From assembly GCA_012295275.1 (NCBI GenBank), contig CM022671.1, forward strand, positions 14,012,001 to 14,076,000: a stretch of DNA of 64,000 nucleotides, written 5' to 3'. The notes under the pieces were generated by a model that saw nothing but the letters and a program-made list of their open reading frames with translations, was not told the DNA's origin and did no database searches. Of the stretch, positions 26,859 through 40,369 are shown piece after piece; positions within the stretch are counted from its first letter, which is position 1, and each line of letters begins with the position of its first letter. The DNA is from Chrysomallon squamiferum (lineage: Eukaryota > Animalia > Mollusca). The position numbers and the translations under genes are program-made.

Positions 26859-29800
26859 TATTTTTTTTTTTTTTTTTTTATTTTTATTTTTTTTTGAGAT
26901 CAGTATAAATTAACGCTTATTATGGTTATTAATTAATTTGTAAAAATAATGATAGCAAAATTCTTGAAAAAGTAAAGCCACTAAAGGCCTGCACAACTCA
27001 TCAGAATCTTTATCTTAAATAATTATATTTTTGTATACTAGGTTATGGAGTTTTTGGGACATACAGTGATAAATAATTAAAGCATAAGGGTCATTCCGTG
27101 TCAAATCACCCAATGGTTTAAACCCGACCGTCTCAGATTTTTATGAAACTTGGTATACTTGTTGACTGGGATCCCACAGCACCAAATCTGAAATTTTAGC
27201 TCAATCTGACCAGTGGTATGGGAGATACGGCCCACTGAATTTTGAGATTTTTACCAAAAATGGGTGTGACCACCAACCTTAGAACCCTCATATCTCAGGA
27301 ACTACTGGGCCAATCTTCATAAAATTGGTATTGTTAGAAAGGCAAAATGACAAGGATACCAAATCTGCCATTTTTGTTTAGTTTGGAAAATATTGGAGTA
27401 CCTTGACCTTTTGACCTTTGCTATGACCTTGAAACTGACCGTGTGGATCACGTGATCTTGAGATGACCTTTATTGAAATTTAATCTCCCACATGTTAACT
27501 AAAACATTTAAAAGTTTCCTGGGTGTAATATTTTTTGTTTAGCCACAATATAGATTTAAAAAATGCACATACATAAAAATAACACCTTTTCAGCCATTAA
27601 CATCTGATTAACTAAAACCTGAATGATCAATTCTGGATGCTAGGAATCACCATCTCTTTTGATCATCAAGTAAGACATTGTAGGCCTACATGTATGCATA
27701 AAGTTCACATATAAAAGTTTCCTGGGTATAATATTTTTTGTTTAGCCATAATAGAGATTTAAAAAAATGCATACCTGCATGGATGATTGATACAATGCAT
27801 TACAATGTACATTTTCTCTGAGACTAAAAACTCATCTTTGGAGTTAAAACCCACCTGACATGTCTGAAGGAATGCCTGAAGGATATGAAAAGATGCCAAA
27901 TGGCATGACATGTTCTACACATGAAGTGATGCTTCAGGCAGGTCAGGAACTCCTTTAGATTCCCTGGTGCAATCCCCATTGAGCACATGGCAATTAGAAG
28001 TTGAAGACAAAGAAGTTTCTTCATCTGCATTTCTTTGACAATCTGAAGCTTTTTAAGTTGGACACAATGTCAGATGTTGATATATAAACAATATTTTTAT
28101 TTCATAAAACCTATTAAGTAATTTTATCATGTCATGTGGGTCTTGCCATTGGTTTTGAACAAGGTTTCAGTCAACAACAGTACAACCCAGTCTGAAATCA
28201 GACGTCATCAAGTGATGTACTGCATAATGTATTTGTACACCCAGTCTTCGGCACAGAGTATGAACAAGGTCTACTTCACCTTAATAAACTGTGATTTATA
28301 CTTGAGAAGATTGACATAAATGCCCAAGACTTGTGGGCCTTTGGCAATAACACATGTACTCTGCTGCCATTTTATGACCTGCTTAACTTTACTGAAAGGG
28401 TTTCAGGATTTGATTTAATATTTAGGAAAGCACTGACTTTGTTCTATTGAATTGAAGGTGCAGGCCAATACTGAAAATCCTTATTTCTTCCAGGGCTAAC
28501 TGCAGCTTTAACTCTCCTGAAAATGTGTGTTATCAACACCATCATATCAAAAAGGAGTTGTTGCGAAGTGTATGGAAAACAGGAAGTCGAACTCCCCACT
28601 CTTTGAAGTGGGATTGAAACATGGGACATCAAGAGTATCATGAACAAGAACTTTTCATCAAATTTTCAACATTGCAGAAAAACTTGTGATCCCCTTAATC
28701 GCCACCCTGAGCAAGCACGCACTAGATCTTTAAGAATTGTTAGCATGGGCACTTACAAATGCTTAGTAAATCCTCCAAAGACACTAGTGCCAGGAGACAA
28801 GTTGTGCTGTGACTGTCTGATTACCCTTCAGAAATCAAAGGTCCTGCAGAAGATGGCTTTAGTATGGGTGGTATTACAATGGGAGCATTTTGGTGATAAC
28901 TTGCCAGACAAACCGCTGGTTGTTGTTTCCCCAGAAAAGGACTTTGATTTGAATTTTATTCTATCGAAACTCCTGTCAAACTCCATTCTCTAGCACATTC
29001 CAGTAAATGAATGAAAGGACAGAAAAAAACTAGCATCAGCTACAGTAACATTAAAATGACATCTTAATGTCTGAATCCTACCCAGAGCGTGTGCAAATCT
29101 TGATTTTGTCACCCTTTACCATTGAAAGGACAATGAATTGAAGGAGGAAATAATCCAATTTTATGAAAGTGACGAGAATAGTAGAATGTGTCTGGGAATG
29201 AAGGATACAGTGAGCATTTGAAACAAACATAGTGAGAAGGGTAAGCATCAGAAACACCTAGTTCTCTCAAATTTATGTAATCTTTATGCATACATGTAGG
29301 CCTACAATGTCTTACTCAGTGATCAAGAAAGATGGTGATCCCTAGCATCCAGAGTTGATCATTCAGGTTTTAGTTAATCAGATGTTAATGGCTGAAAAGG
29401 TGTTATTTTCATGTATGTGCATTTTTTAAATCTATATTGTGGCTAAACAAAAAATATTACACCCAGGAAACTTTTATATGTTTTAGTTAACATGTGGGAG
29501 ATTAAATTTCAATAAAGGTCATCTCAAGATCACGTGATCCACACGGCCATATCTCCCACACCACTGGTCTGATTGAGCTAAAATTTCAGATTTGGTGCTG
29601 TGGGATCCCAGTCAACAAGTATACCAAGTTTTATAAAAATCTGAGACGGTCGGGTTTAAATTTCTTTTTTTTTTGGGTGATTTGACATGGAATGACCCAT
29701 AAGGAACCTTTGAGATAATTAGTTCAGTTAATTAATAAAATTTCATAAGTGTTTTAAAGTATATAATATTAAAATATATACAGTGTTTATGTTACCAAAT

Positions 29801-31592
29801 TACTGAAATGAATCACAGTTTTTCCATAGATTATGAAGGGAAAATACCAGCAACTTTTATTCAGATAAAAATTTGTATCTTCTTTTATATCACTTTATCA
29901 TTGCTATTTTAATTTGCAATTTTTTTTTATTTTTTTTTGCTCTTTGTAGAAAAATAATAATTTAGAAAAGTTTGTCACATTCCTTCTTTGTAAGACTATA
30001 GAATGCTTATTGTTTTATTTCTGATCAGGATGGGAAGACTGATGTTGTTGCAAATGATTTAGGTGATAGAGTTACTCCCTGTGTTGTTGCTTTCACAGAT
30101 CATGATCAGGTAATTACTATATTCTTTTATCAGTTTATTCTTTTATCAGCTGATGCAGTTATTTAAGTTGGTTTATTCTTATGTGTAACAATATTTCTCT
30201 GACTATTTGGTACAGGCTTTCAGAAACAAATAAAACAATTACTTTGTAATAAACATTATATATTAAGATTGCTTAAAAATATATTAAACACATATTACAT
30301 TGTTACTTTTTTTAATTCCTTTATTTTAGTCTGTTGGTGCTGCTGCAAAGCAAGGTGTGATTCGAAATGCCAATAACACAATATGTTATGTAAAGCGCCT
30401 TTTAGGACACCCATACTCCAGCACTGTCGTACAGGATGTCATTGCAAAATCACCAGTGATGGTAATGTACATATTAAATTTTAGAATATTTTGAGCCAAA
30501 TGCCTATTCTGGCATTGTTTGAGATTATTCCATTATATAACAGGGGTTTCAGCACTGCTTTCATGAATTTACTACATCATTGATAATGTACTTATGTTAC
30601 AAAATAAAATATCATAAGACATTGTTGAATTTTAATATAATATATACATTAGAAGAAATTTTTAATTTTATTTAAAAAAAAAATAGTTAACTTTATATAG
30701 ACCTATATATATATATTTATTTATTTATTGACACCCTTAAGAATGATGTACTCTTCCAGAACAGTCAAGGTCAAAGGTCACACTGAAGAAAATTGTTTCA
30801 TAGATTTCTACTTTCTCATTTCATATAATTATGATTTCCAAAAAATATATATTTTTTTAAATTTATTTGTATTTTTTTTTTTTAATTTTCCTTGCTTTAA
30901 ATTTTTTTAATTTTGAATTGATGCTTGCAAAGGATGAGATTATGAATTTTAGAAACATAGCAACTTTCATATATCCAGATTTTCATTATCAAGACTGTTT
31001 GCATGAAGTGAACTAATTGAATGAAACAAAGTTGGCCAGATGCCAAGATATATGATGAGATGTTCATGAAATGACTGAATTTTCATGACATAATGTAGTT
31101 TCTTACTTGTTTCAAACTGATCAAGCATAGTTATGTTATGATCTTGTTTTAGAATTTCTCTTGCAGCTGTATCTCTTGGTAAAAACACATCCCCAAATCT
31201 AGCATCATTTGTAGGCTTTGTGATGATTTTTACCACAATTTTACTTGTTTCATTTGTTTCATTTGCATTGCTGCATTTGTAGAGTTTGCTATAATGACCC
31301 TTGCCCATGTACTCTCCTATCAGGTAGCCTTTTGAAGCAAGAAAATCATTGTCAGTCTCAAACTCACTTTCAGTATCGACAGGATTTATTGTTGTTGATC
31401 TGTTTGAAGGAACAGCAGCATTGCCCTCAGGCATTTCTGGTGTCTCCATCATACAGAAACTTTTACATGGAAGAAAATGTCAGTTTTATAGTCTTCGATA
31501 TGTTGCCATGACAACTCAGTAAAGTCTGTTTCAGTCCAAAGGATGGATCAGTTGAGATATATTTCAGAATATTGCCCTGTTTAAGTTGTCAA

Positions 31593-31635
<43 letters not shown>

Positions 31636-34600
31636 CATTACTGTATTGATATTATCAGAAGTGTTTTGATTATTCAGATGTTCTGATACTATTTCAACAT
31701 GGTTTGCAAATTTTGTTTAAAATTCAGTTTTTTCTGTCAAACCTGAAGCTAAGAAAGGCCCTAGTGGTTTTGTTTTAACTGTTCTGGAACATTCTTTTTT
31801 TATTATAGGAAACCTGTATTTTTTTATTTTTTTTTTCAATCTTTTCCATTTACCAAAGAATATTCAAAACTGTCATAATTTGCAGTTTATATAAAAATAA
31901 ATTAGTAGCAAATTTAATTTTTTATTTAACTTAACTCCATATCCCAGTTTTCTGGTACTGGTTTATGTTACACAGTGTTGTTGTAGCAACACTCAAGATC
32001 TCTCATGTTAGGTTGCATTACCTGCCACACTATATGGTGTGTTGACTCTTCTTTGCTTTTCCTGCTTTGGTTAATTTAAAAATGGGTTAAACATCAAGGA
32101 TTGTAGTATTTGAAAACTTCCAGTAATGGCTATCTTTATTTGTTTTCATTTATAAATTTTCACAGAATTCAGTACTTGAAATATATTTATTTCTGGATAT
32201 TTTGTTAAAGCATTTGGGTGGATAGATTACAAAGTCAATCCACCTGGATGCATTTATTGAATTATTTCCCATTGTGTTGCACAATAATATTATTTTGATT
32301 GACACTAGTAACAGTTAATATGCAAATAAGCAGAAACTTATTAACTGTAAATTATTCTAATCTTTCATTAATTTTTGGACTAATTATTAAGAACACTGAT
32401 TTTGTTTCAGTAGTTTATATACATTTCTTATTTGTTGTGGAATTTATACTGTTTAATTGTATTAGTTGGTATGAGTATGCAGCTGCTTAACCCATTTAAA
32501 TGCATGTTTGCAAATCAGACATTATGAAGCTGTTTTACACATTTTTATTTGTTTTATATTCTTATTTTTATTTTTTTATATAATTCAAAAATAATCTGAT
32601 TGATAGCAGATTATATTTGTAATACCATAGTAAACCAAAATCGTTTTTATTAACAGATTGTTCAAAAAGATGGGTGGCCAGTATATGAAGTTAGTCACCT
32701 GGGAAAAAACAAACAGGTGTCTCTGACCTCTGTGGCAGAAGCAATTTACAGAAAAATGTTAGGTGAGATACCTTTAATCTTCCTTTTTTTTATATTTTAC
32801 TTTATAAAATAATTACCATCTGATAATTTACAATTTGTATTTGAAGTGGGTAAAAAAATTATATTAAGTTTTGGTATCTTAGAAGTTAGCAGTTGATTTG
32901 TGATTTTATTATTATTATTTTTTTTTTGTAATTTTAAACACAGTTTTATTGTATTATATATTTAGTCAAAATAAAAAAAAAGAATTTTGTGTACATATGA
33001 ATAAATAGTTTGATACTTATCAACATACTGTAATGTCTGTTTCAAAAGGAGGTACAGTTTTACTCAATCACTTTTATATTTAATCTTTTACAATGTTTAA
33101 TGACAATATAATGGATTTTTGCAGAAACTGCTCAGAGTCATGGAGGTAGAGGCATACAAGATGCTGTACTCACTGTGCCTGTCAGTTTCACACCTGAACA
33201 AAGAAATGCTATTAGGTATTATATATTAGCCTTCTACTTTGAATTAATGTTTGTTATCTGAAATCTAAAATTTAAACATAAAACTTCCCTAAATATAAAA
33301 CCATTAGGGGAATATATATATATTTAGCTGAACCAGCTGAAAAATGCTATCTTTTCTCAACTGAGCACAGTTAAACGATTGTTCAAAGCAGCATCTAACG
33401 TGAACCACAATCAAGAAGCACAATTACTATTTCTAATGCATTGCTTGTTTTGATTTTGATGAAAGTGATTTTTCTATGCAGTGGTTTCATTTCAGCCATT
33501 TTACAGTTTCTCCATTCAAAATGAAGGCTAAAAATAGGTTCCTCTGAAGGAGCATGGACTTCCCATCAAAATGACATATTTCGTTTTTTAAATTGAATAA
33601 AATTTTATTTCATAAATTTGTAAATTGAAAATTATCTTTATTTTCATGAAAAGAATAATTTCTTTACTTTCTGATGGTCATGGAAAGTTTTCTGATGGAG
33701 TCACAGGGAAATCACTGAGTGCATTAAAAGACAACTGATGTAGCTTCAATTTTCTAAATTATAAAGCTGTTAGTGACCTTGTATCCTCAATTTAACTTTC
33801 TCAATACAAATGAAAAAATTAACTTTGATAGTGATCTACTAAGCAAGTGAATGGGAATTGGATATAGCGGAAACTGAGCAACAAACATGCATTATGAAAT
33901 GTACCCTGAAAATAACAGAATGTATTTTTTTTTTTGAGAAACTTGTTTTAGCTATTTAAAGGGAGGTGATTTGTGATTTGTTGTGTTGTGGATTTTAACT
34001 AGTTTTAGTCTGACTTTAACATTAGCTTGTTTTTAGCCAACATTGCAGTTTATTCTAGTAAATAATTGCACTGGTTTTCATAAACAAAATTCTTGTGTAG
34101 AAAAATAAAGAAAATAAAATATCAAGTGAAGGAAATGAATTAGGAAAAGTTTTTTGGTGAGGACCAGATAAAATGGCATGTGGTGAAATTTGTCATCTGA
34201 GGTAACTGGATAATCCTCAAGAACTTGTTAATGATTTTGATAAATAGAAACTGAAAAGCATATTGCTTTGTTTGAATAGCCTGGTGAACTGAACCATACC
34301 TTGACCTTATTCCAAGTCAAAAACCCATACAGTGTTTGTGGTTTGGAAATGGTTATCTCTAAAATCAGATATCAGCAGTATCTATATGTTAAATGCTTGA
34401 AGTGTATAAAATTGTGAAAGATATATTTTCTGAAAACATTTTTTTTAAATTTGTGGGTTTTTTGTTTTTTTTACTGAAAAATTGCAGAGAAAAAGATAGA
34501 AACATAATTTGTTTTTGTAAATGAACATTTTCTGTCAGTGTTTTTCAATTTTAAAATTACCAGTGAAACTGTTTTCCAGTATTGCCGCAGAAAAGGCAGG

Positions 34601-37600
34601 ATTCAACATTTTAAGAGTTGTGAGTGAAGCAGCAGCAGCTGTCCTGGCTTATGATCTTGGTCAGTTACACCATGAAGAAAATAGGTAGGACAGAATATAA
34701 TTAGTGTATTTGCACTTCAGTATTTGTTTTTTTTGCTTTTTTTATTTACTGTTTTATGTTTGTTTTTTTCTTTAGTCCAACTTAAACAAATTGTAAAGCT
34801 TATAATAAAAAATAAATCATGTCTTCCACTTTCAAATCAAAATGTGTTATTATTTTTTTTATTCACTTTAATGTCTTTCAAGATAAAATTTATCCACATC
34901 TGATGATCTTGGAGTAACTTAACTTTAGCAAATAACTCTGCAAATAATATAGACAAGTAGACACCTCCCTGGCATAAATGTTTGGCCTGTCCATGAATGT
35001 TGCAGATAGGGCATCATTAAAATTGTACCCTGTATCATAATAAAAATATAATGGCCTGTGGACCAGTAGAATGTCTGATATTTAGTGTACAGTTGAAGAG
35101 TGTTTTATACTTTTGTACAAGTAAATAAATTAAATATTGGATTGATGTACTTAATAATAAATTTAATTTGACATTAATATTTGTTTATGTTTTTAACTCT
35201 CAGCTGTTAAAATAATACAAAATGAACTGTTTTGTTTTCTCTGTTCACTTCCATAAAATTATGAATATTTGGTCTTGACACTGATACCTGATGTTAATGT
35301 GTTTTATAATCAAATTAAGAAGATATCTCTAATGTTTAATAAATAAACCCATTAAAATGTTTTTAATTGTTTCATTTTATTCCCATCTGTCACTAAATAT
35401 TAAACTATCAAAACATTTAATACATTTTTTTTATTTCCTTTGGTTTCACTGATGAATCTTAATAATTATTTATATATTTTTTGTATAAATCAGCTTCAAA
35501 AGTTTATGTCTAGAGAAGCTGCCATAAATTTACACAAATCTATTGTATGAATTTTAAAATTTCCCCTTACTTTATTTCATTTTTTATTTGTTGAATTAAT
35601 TTTAATGCTATATTTAGCATTGTTCTAGTATATCGGTTTGGAGGAACATCAACGGAGGCAAATGTTATTAAAGTTGAAAATGGATTGTATCGGGTTTGTG
35701 CTTCTTATACTGACACAGATTTTGGAGCAGATGAATACACAAACGTGCTTTGTGACTATCTGGTTACAGAATTTAAAAGGTAATTTCCTCCTTATTTAAA
35801 TAAAGTTGTTTTGTTGCTATTTTAATACAAAATATTAAAACAGTTATAGCAGCAGTTTCTGTAATAAATAGATGTTTGAGATTAATGAAGCAAATCATAA
35901 TATTATTTAATTATTTCATAACTAATTAAATTTTGTTGTTAATAATTGTTAAATAATATTACAATCTAAGATAGTGAAGATATTTGTATTAGGTCTGTTC
36001 AACCAGTTTATATGGGCAGTTTCCCATTTTCCAGGTCCTAAAAATATCTTACCACACCTAGTAAACTATTTTAGTAATTTTTACACTATGCACATAAAAC
36101 CATCCCCCAAAAACAACAATAACAACTTAAAACTACTATTATTCTAAGAGACCTAAAAGCATATTTCCATACATAGTAACTGTTTTGGTTATTTTGATTT
36201 TGCAATTTCTCATTCTCTGTTTTGCACAACATACATATTGTTGTTTAAATTTTTTTTTTTTTTTTTTTATCTAACTGCTGTCTGTTAACTAATGACAGAA
36301 AAAACATCATACTGAGTAAGTAGTTTTGTTATTTTTGCAGACAGTTCCGGTGTGATGTAAGAGAGAACAAACGTGCTATGATAAAGCTGTGGTTGGGAGC
36401 AGAGGTGTGTAAACACACACTTTCTAATCTTGGCAATGCTCAATGTGCCATTGACTCTCTACATGAAGGCATTGACTTCCATCTGACAGTGTCCAGGTTC
36501 TTTGATATTCCATATTTTATACCATGTAATATGTAGCTTTTTGTACCCAGCTATTGCATGAAAAAGTGAATAAATTTATACTTCATACATTACAATGTTA
36601 ACACATTTTAAAAGGGCTGATTTAATGTTTTCTGTGTTTACTCTGTTAAGTTTTCACTTTTAGTTGTCAGTATTAAACCAAAACAAATTGTCATAATTTG
36701 GCATTTGTTGAAAGATAAATGTGAAATATAAATGAAATATGATTATGAATTAACACCTAAATATTTCTTATTCACTCAGTGATGATAAAAGGTAAATAAA
36801 ACATGTCAAATAATATATTTATATGGTACACTAACTTGCTTGTGACAGAATTTAATGAATTATTATGAATTTAGCTTGGTCTAGTCATCATTTGCTTTTT
36901 CTCTACAATAAACTTGATAGATACTTTTAATTCTACAATATATATATATATTTATATTTATATATTTTTAATTTTTATTTAAAGAGCTAGATTTGAAAGT
37001 CTCTGCAGTGGTCTTCTACAGAAAAACATTCAGATCATGGAACAATGTCTCAGTGAAACAGGCATTCAGAAAGATGAAGTTAATAAGGTTTGTATTTTAA
37101 AAGGCATTTGCATACAAGATGATATTCAATAACAGTTTGTTAAAGATGTTTGGACAATTGGACTTTCAAATTCATTAACCAGTGGCTATTATCACAAAAT
37201 AATTAGTATTTGAAATTAAGTAATGAAAAAAATAATACAGTAGAAAATTTCATACACTGAGCACCAGTCCTATTGCTGAAAAAGTAATTAGAAAAATTGA
37301 ATGTTTTTAAAGTTTCTATACAAGGAAAATGTATTAAATTTGAATTGCATGCTATGAAAACCCATAAGCTGTATTTAAAATATAGAAAAGGAGTTTTATC
37401 TTATTTTTTGTTTGTTGAAATTGATAAAAATGAACAGAAAACATTATCAGTAATGTTTTTGATAATTGTAACTTAAATGATTCAAGTTTATAAAATTTCT
37501 GCTTAAATCAGTTACAACTGGTTGTCCTATTTACATCATTATAAACATATTACTGTTTATAACTGAACGTTATATATTTGTGTTACTAAAGGTAATACTG

Positions 37601-39260
37601 TGTGGAGGAGGCAGTAAGGTTCCAATCCTACAGAAAGCAATATCAGATTTCCTGCCAGGAGGAGAACTACTGAAAACTATACCAGCTGATGAGGTGATAG
37701 CAATTGGTGCTGCAAAAGAGGTTTGTTTAAATATATGTCAGTTAGGCTAGATTTATGATCCCAGGGTTCAAAAGAAATTTGTTTAATATAATGCACTTTA
37801 GAATTCATCCCTAGATTTTTCTCTGGTTTGTTAAGTATTTGCTATTTGCATCTGGTTTTTGTTGGGAGTAGGTTTTTTCAATCTGTAACAGTCATTTTAT
37901 GTGTGTGAATGTATGCATGTATATAATTTCAGTTTATTTTCATTATTTTTAATTTTATTTTTATTATTGTTATATGATTATTATTATGATTATTATTATT
38001 ATTATTATTGTTTTCGGTCTTTGCAATTTTAGGCTGCTATATTAGTTGGCAAAGATATTCAGGATCTTCAAGAGCATGAAAATTATCTGGAAGTTAAATG
38101 TCTGTCTAAAGCTATTTATGTCAAGGTATTGTATATAGCATCCTATTTAGATTGCTGATATGTATGAAAACACTGTGAATAGTAAATGAAATTAAATCTA
38201 TTTTAATATATCAGAAATAATGTTTTAATCAATAATTCATATTTTGTTTGTGTGTGTGTCCCCTTTGTTCGTAGGAGTGTTTTTGCCATTTATAAATAAT
38301 TTGATAAAATCAGTATACAGTATTGACTTGGCAATGGATTTCTTCTATATTCATTATGTTTGATTATTTTCAGTGTAACATTACTTTACATTTATTTATT
38401 TATTAATTATTTAAAGATTACTAGTGATTCAAACATGGAATTATCCCTTGCTGTTCCCAAGCATAGTTTAATTCCATCACGTGAACAACACACATACACT
38501 TTAGCTGATGATCAGAATGCTTTCTGCTTAGAGATTTATGAAGCAGAAGATCAACCTTCTTTAGAAACAGCAACTTTGTTAGCAAAGGTACGTTTGTTTT
38601 TTTAATTACTGGTTTTGTTGTTATTATTATAAATCAGATAATAAAATTAATATTTGTTTTCATTTTGTGTGACCTAATACTTTATTTGTTTTGTTTTCTT
38701 ACAGATTGTGATGCGTGATTTACCAACACCAAGCAGTATTCAAATAACCTTTCATCTTAGAAGGTAAAATATATCAAATCTATAGATCATTAAAGAAATA
38801 ATGAAATTAAAATTTTTATTTAAATGTAAATTATTTTTGTTCTTTTATTATTATTGTTTTAAATCTAGTATAATAACCCTTTGCCTGAATAAGGAAGGGT
38901 TCACCAGTTTCTCATTTTGAGATTTTGAAAATTTATTTTAATACCTAAGTATTCAGCACACAAATTATTTTGATAATTAATTAAACAATTTTAAAAAGAA
39001 ACCTTGCAGTACATTTTTAATAACTTTGTAATTAAGGTTAATTTAAACACAATGTTCTTTTATCAGTAAAATATAGCTATGTGTGTCTAACTATTTTGCA
39101 TTAGGAATATAACAGGAACTGAGATTTTATGTTGGATAAAACAAAATGAAAAGTCGGATAACTTTTTTAATTCTGATATTTCAGAGAATGTAACTTACAT
39201 GTCACCTGCCAGGAACTGTCATCTAACAAAGAAGAAAGTGTCACCATTGGCATCAGCTGA
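26238..39260 (+). CDS. HSPA14: Heat shock 70 kDa protein 14 (ribosome-associated complex Hsp70), 14 exons, 506 aa
   Basis: Exons 26238-26294, 30029-30109, 30330-30461, 32657-32762, 33125-33215, 34580-34684, 35618-35779, 36341-36496, 36985-37087, 37592-37720, 38033-38125, 38417-38587, 38705-38763, 39185-39260 (1521 nt, TGA). N-terminus [36 protein letters not shown] is diagnostic of HSPA14 (human MAAIGVHLGCTSACVAVYK). Also [19 protein letters not shown] and DEVIAIGAA; truncated substrate-binding domain. Confidence 0.95.
27088..29698 (+). mobile_element. Sola2-type DNA transposon, non-autonomous or decayed, in HSPA14 intron 1
   Basis: Termini GGGTCATTCC...GGAATGACCC with 4-bp TSD ATAA (27084-27087 and 29699-29702). 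Long TIRs at 27088-27703 and 29282-29698. Internal transposase remnants on +: CDPLNRH...LRIVS...[11 protein letters not shown] (ORF 28640-28993), VQILILSPF (about 29092), and [19 protein letters not shown] (29159-29215), which match Sola2 N-terminal motifs. GRG termini and a 4-bp TSD fit Sola2. Confidence 0.8.
30967..31452 (-). CDS. Truncated testis-specific Ser/Thr kinase (TSSK)-like ORF, N-lobe only, nested antisense in HSPA14 intron 3; pseudokinase or pseudogene
   Basis: 161-aa intronless ORF with [20 protein letters not shown] (Gly-loop), IVVKII, TSSK-typical FLPR(D) and [14 protein letters not shown] is replaced by DNE, and the ORF stops before DFG and the C-lobe. Confidence 0.6.
   Translation of the reverse strand: MMETPEMPEGNAAVPSNRSTTINPVDTESEFETDNDFLASKGYLIGEYMGKGHYSKLYKCSNANETNETSKIVVKIITKPTNDARFGDVFLPRDTAAREILKQDHNITMLDQFETSKKLHYVMKIQSFHEHLIIYLGIWPTLFHSISSLHANSLDNENLDI
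31484..31515 (-). promoter_or_regulatory. RFX X-box plus TATA box upstream of the TSSK-like ORF
   Basis: GTTGCCATGACAAC at 31502-31515 is a 13/14 match to the palindromic X-box GTTGCCATGGCAAC. TATAAAA on the minus strand at 31490-31484 lies about 35 nt before the ATG. Confidence 0.6.
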
Positions 39261-39832
39261 CAATAATTTGAAATAGGAATTTACCACATTTAAGAAGAAA
39301 AACAAAAAGTAAATTCTAGGTCACAAAGTTTTTCATTTATTTACCATCTAATTTGGAAATGCATTCATATGCTCCAAAAAACCACCACTGCAAAAAAAAA
39401 AGTTGTGTTAGATTGAAATTGTTGTTCAAGGAATATTTTAGTTAACTTTGAGTAATAAAAATGAAATGTGTATTAAAATTATAAAATTAAAAAGAATAAA
39501 GTATTATAAATGTTTTTGTTTATTTATTATCCCAATATCATTTTTATTATTAAAACCATTAAGAAGCCATACTTGACTATATCTATTTAATTTTTATTAA
39601 GGCAGCAAAAATATTTAGATTATTGGTAACTTTTATAAAATTATTATTTGTTTTAGTGGACATGTAATTTTCATTAACAAAATTTGTACCATGTTTTTAC
39701 ACACGTTGTTACAATTTATTTTTATCATTCTGGAATTAATTAACTAATGTTTCAATAAAATATATTTGTACTGTAACATGTATTGTTTTTCTTGCTTTGA
39801 ATACTTGAAAACAGCTAAAAACTTAAATATCT

Positions 39833-40065
39833 CAGTATTTATTTACTTATCTCACGTTACTGTACAGTATTTATTTTATTAATGCTGCTAATATCATGAT
39901 ATTGTACAATAGTTATTTACTTAATGTCTACTGATATCATTTTACTGTACAGTATTTATTTGCAGTATTTATTTACTTAATGCTGCTGATATCACGTTAC
40001 TGTACAGTATTTATTTACTTAATATCTGCTAATATCACGTTACTGTACTGAATTTATTGACTTAA
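39833..40065. repeat. Minisatellite, ~42-bp unit, about 5-6 diverged copies
   Basis: Unit approximately CAGTATTTATTTACTTAATGCTGCTGATATCACGTTACTGTA. Confidence 0.8.
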
Positions 40066-40369
40066 GAGGAGATTGTTCATTTTCACTGAATAAGGTCCTC
40101 TACAGAGAAAAAGAATAAAAAAGAAAAAGAAAAATAGAAATTAAATAAAGTGTAATGACAGCTGTAATGCACTTTTTAATTTTTTTTTTTTTTTTTTTTT
40201 TTTTCTTGAGGAGTGTTTTTTTCTTTTCTTTTTTGTCTATATGTTACTTTATTCTGACACAAACAAATTATTAATATAATTTCCATAATGTAGTTAGGCA
40301 GACAGACAGACAAATAGAAAAATAGGTAGATACATATAATCAAAGGATAACACAAACATACCACACCAA

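Noticed and set aside
27824-28647. Short ORFs inside the transposon as a second cargo gene
   Set aside because: Fragmentary, in inconsistent frames and strands, with no recognisable domain.
40176-40364. Hydrophobic minus-strand ORF as an inverted signal peptide of the P4HA copy
   Set aside because: Non-ATG start, low-complexity T-rich sequence, and no evidence of an inversion junction.
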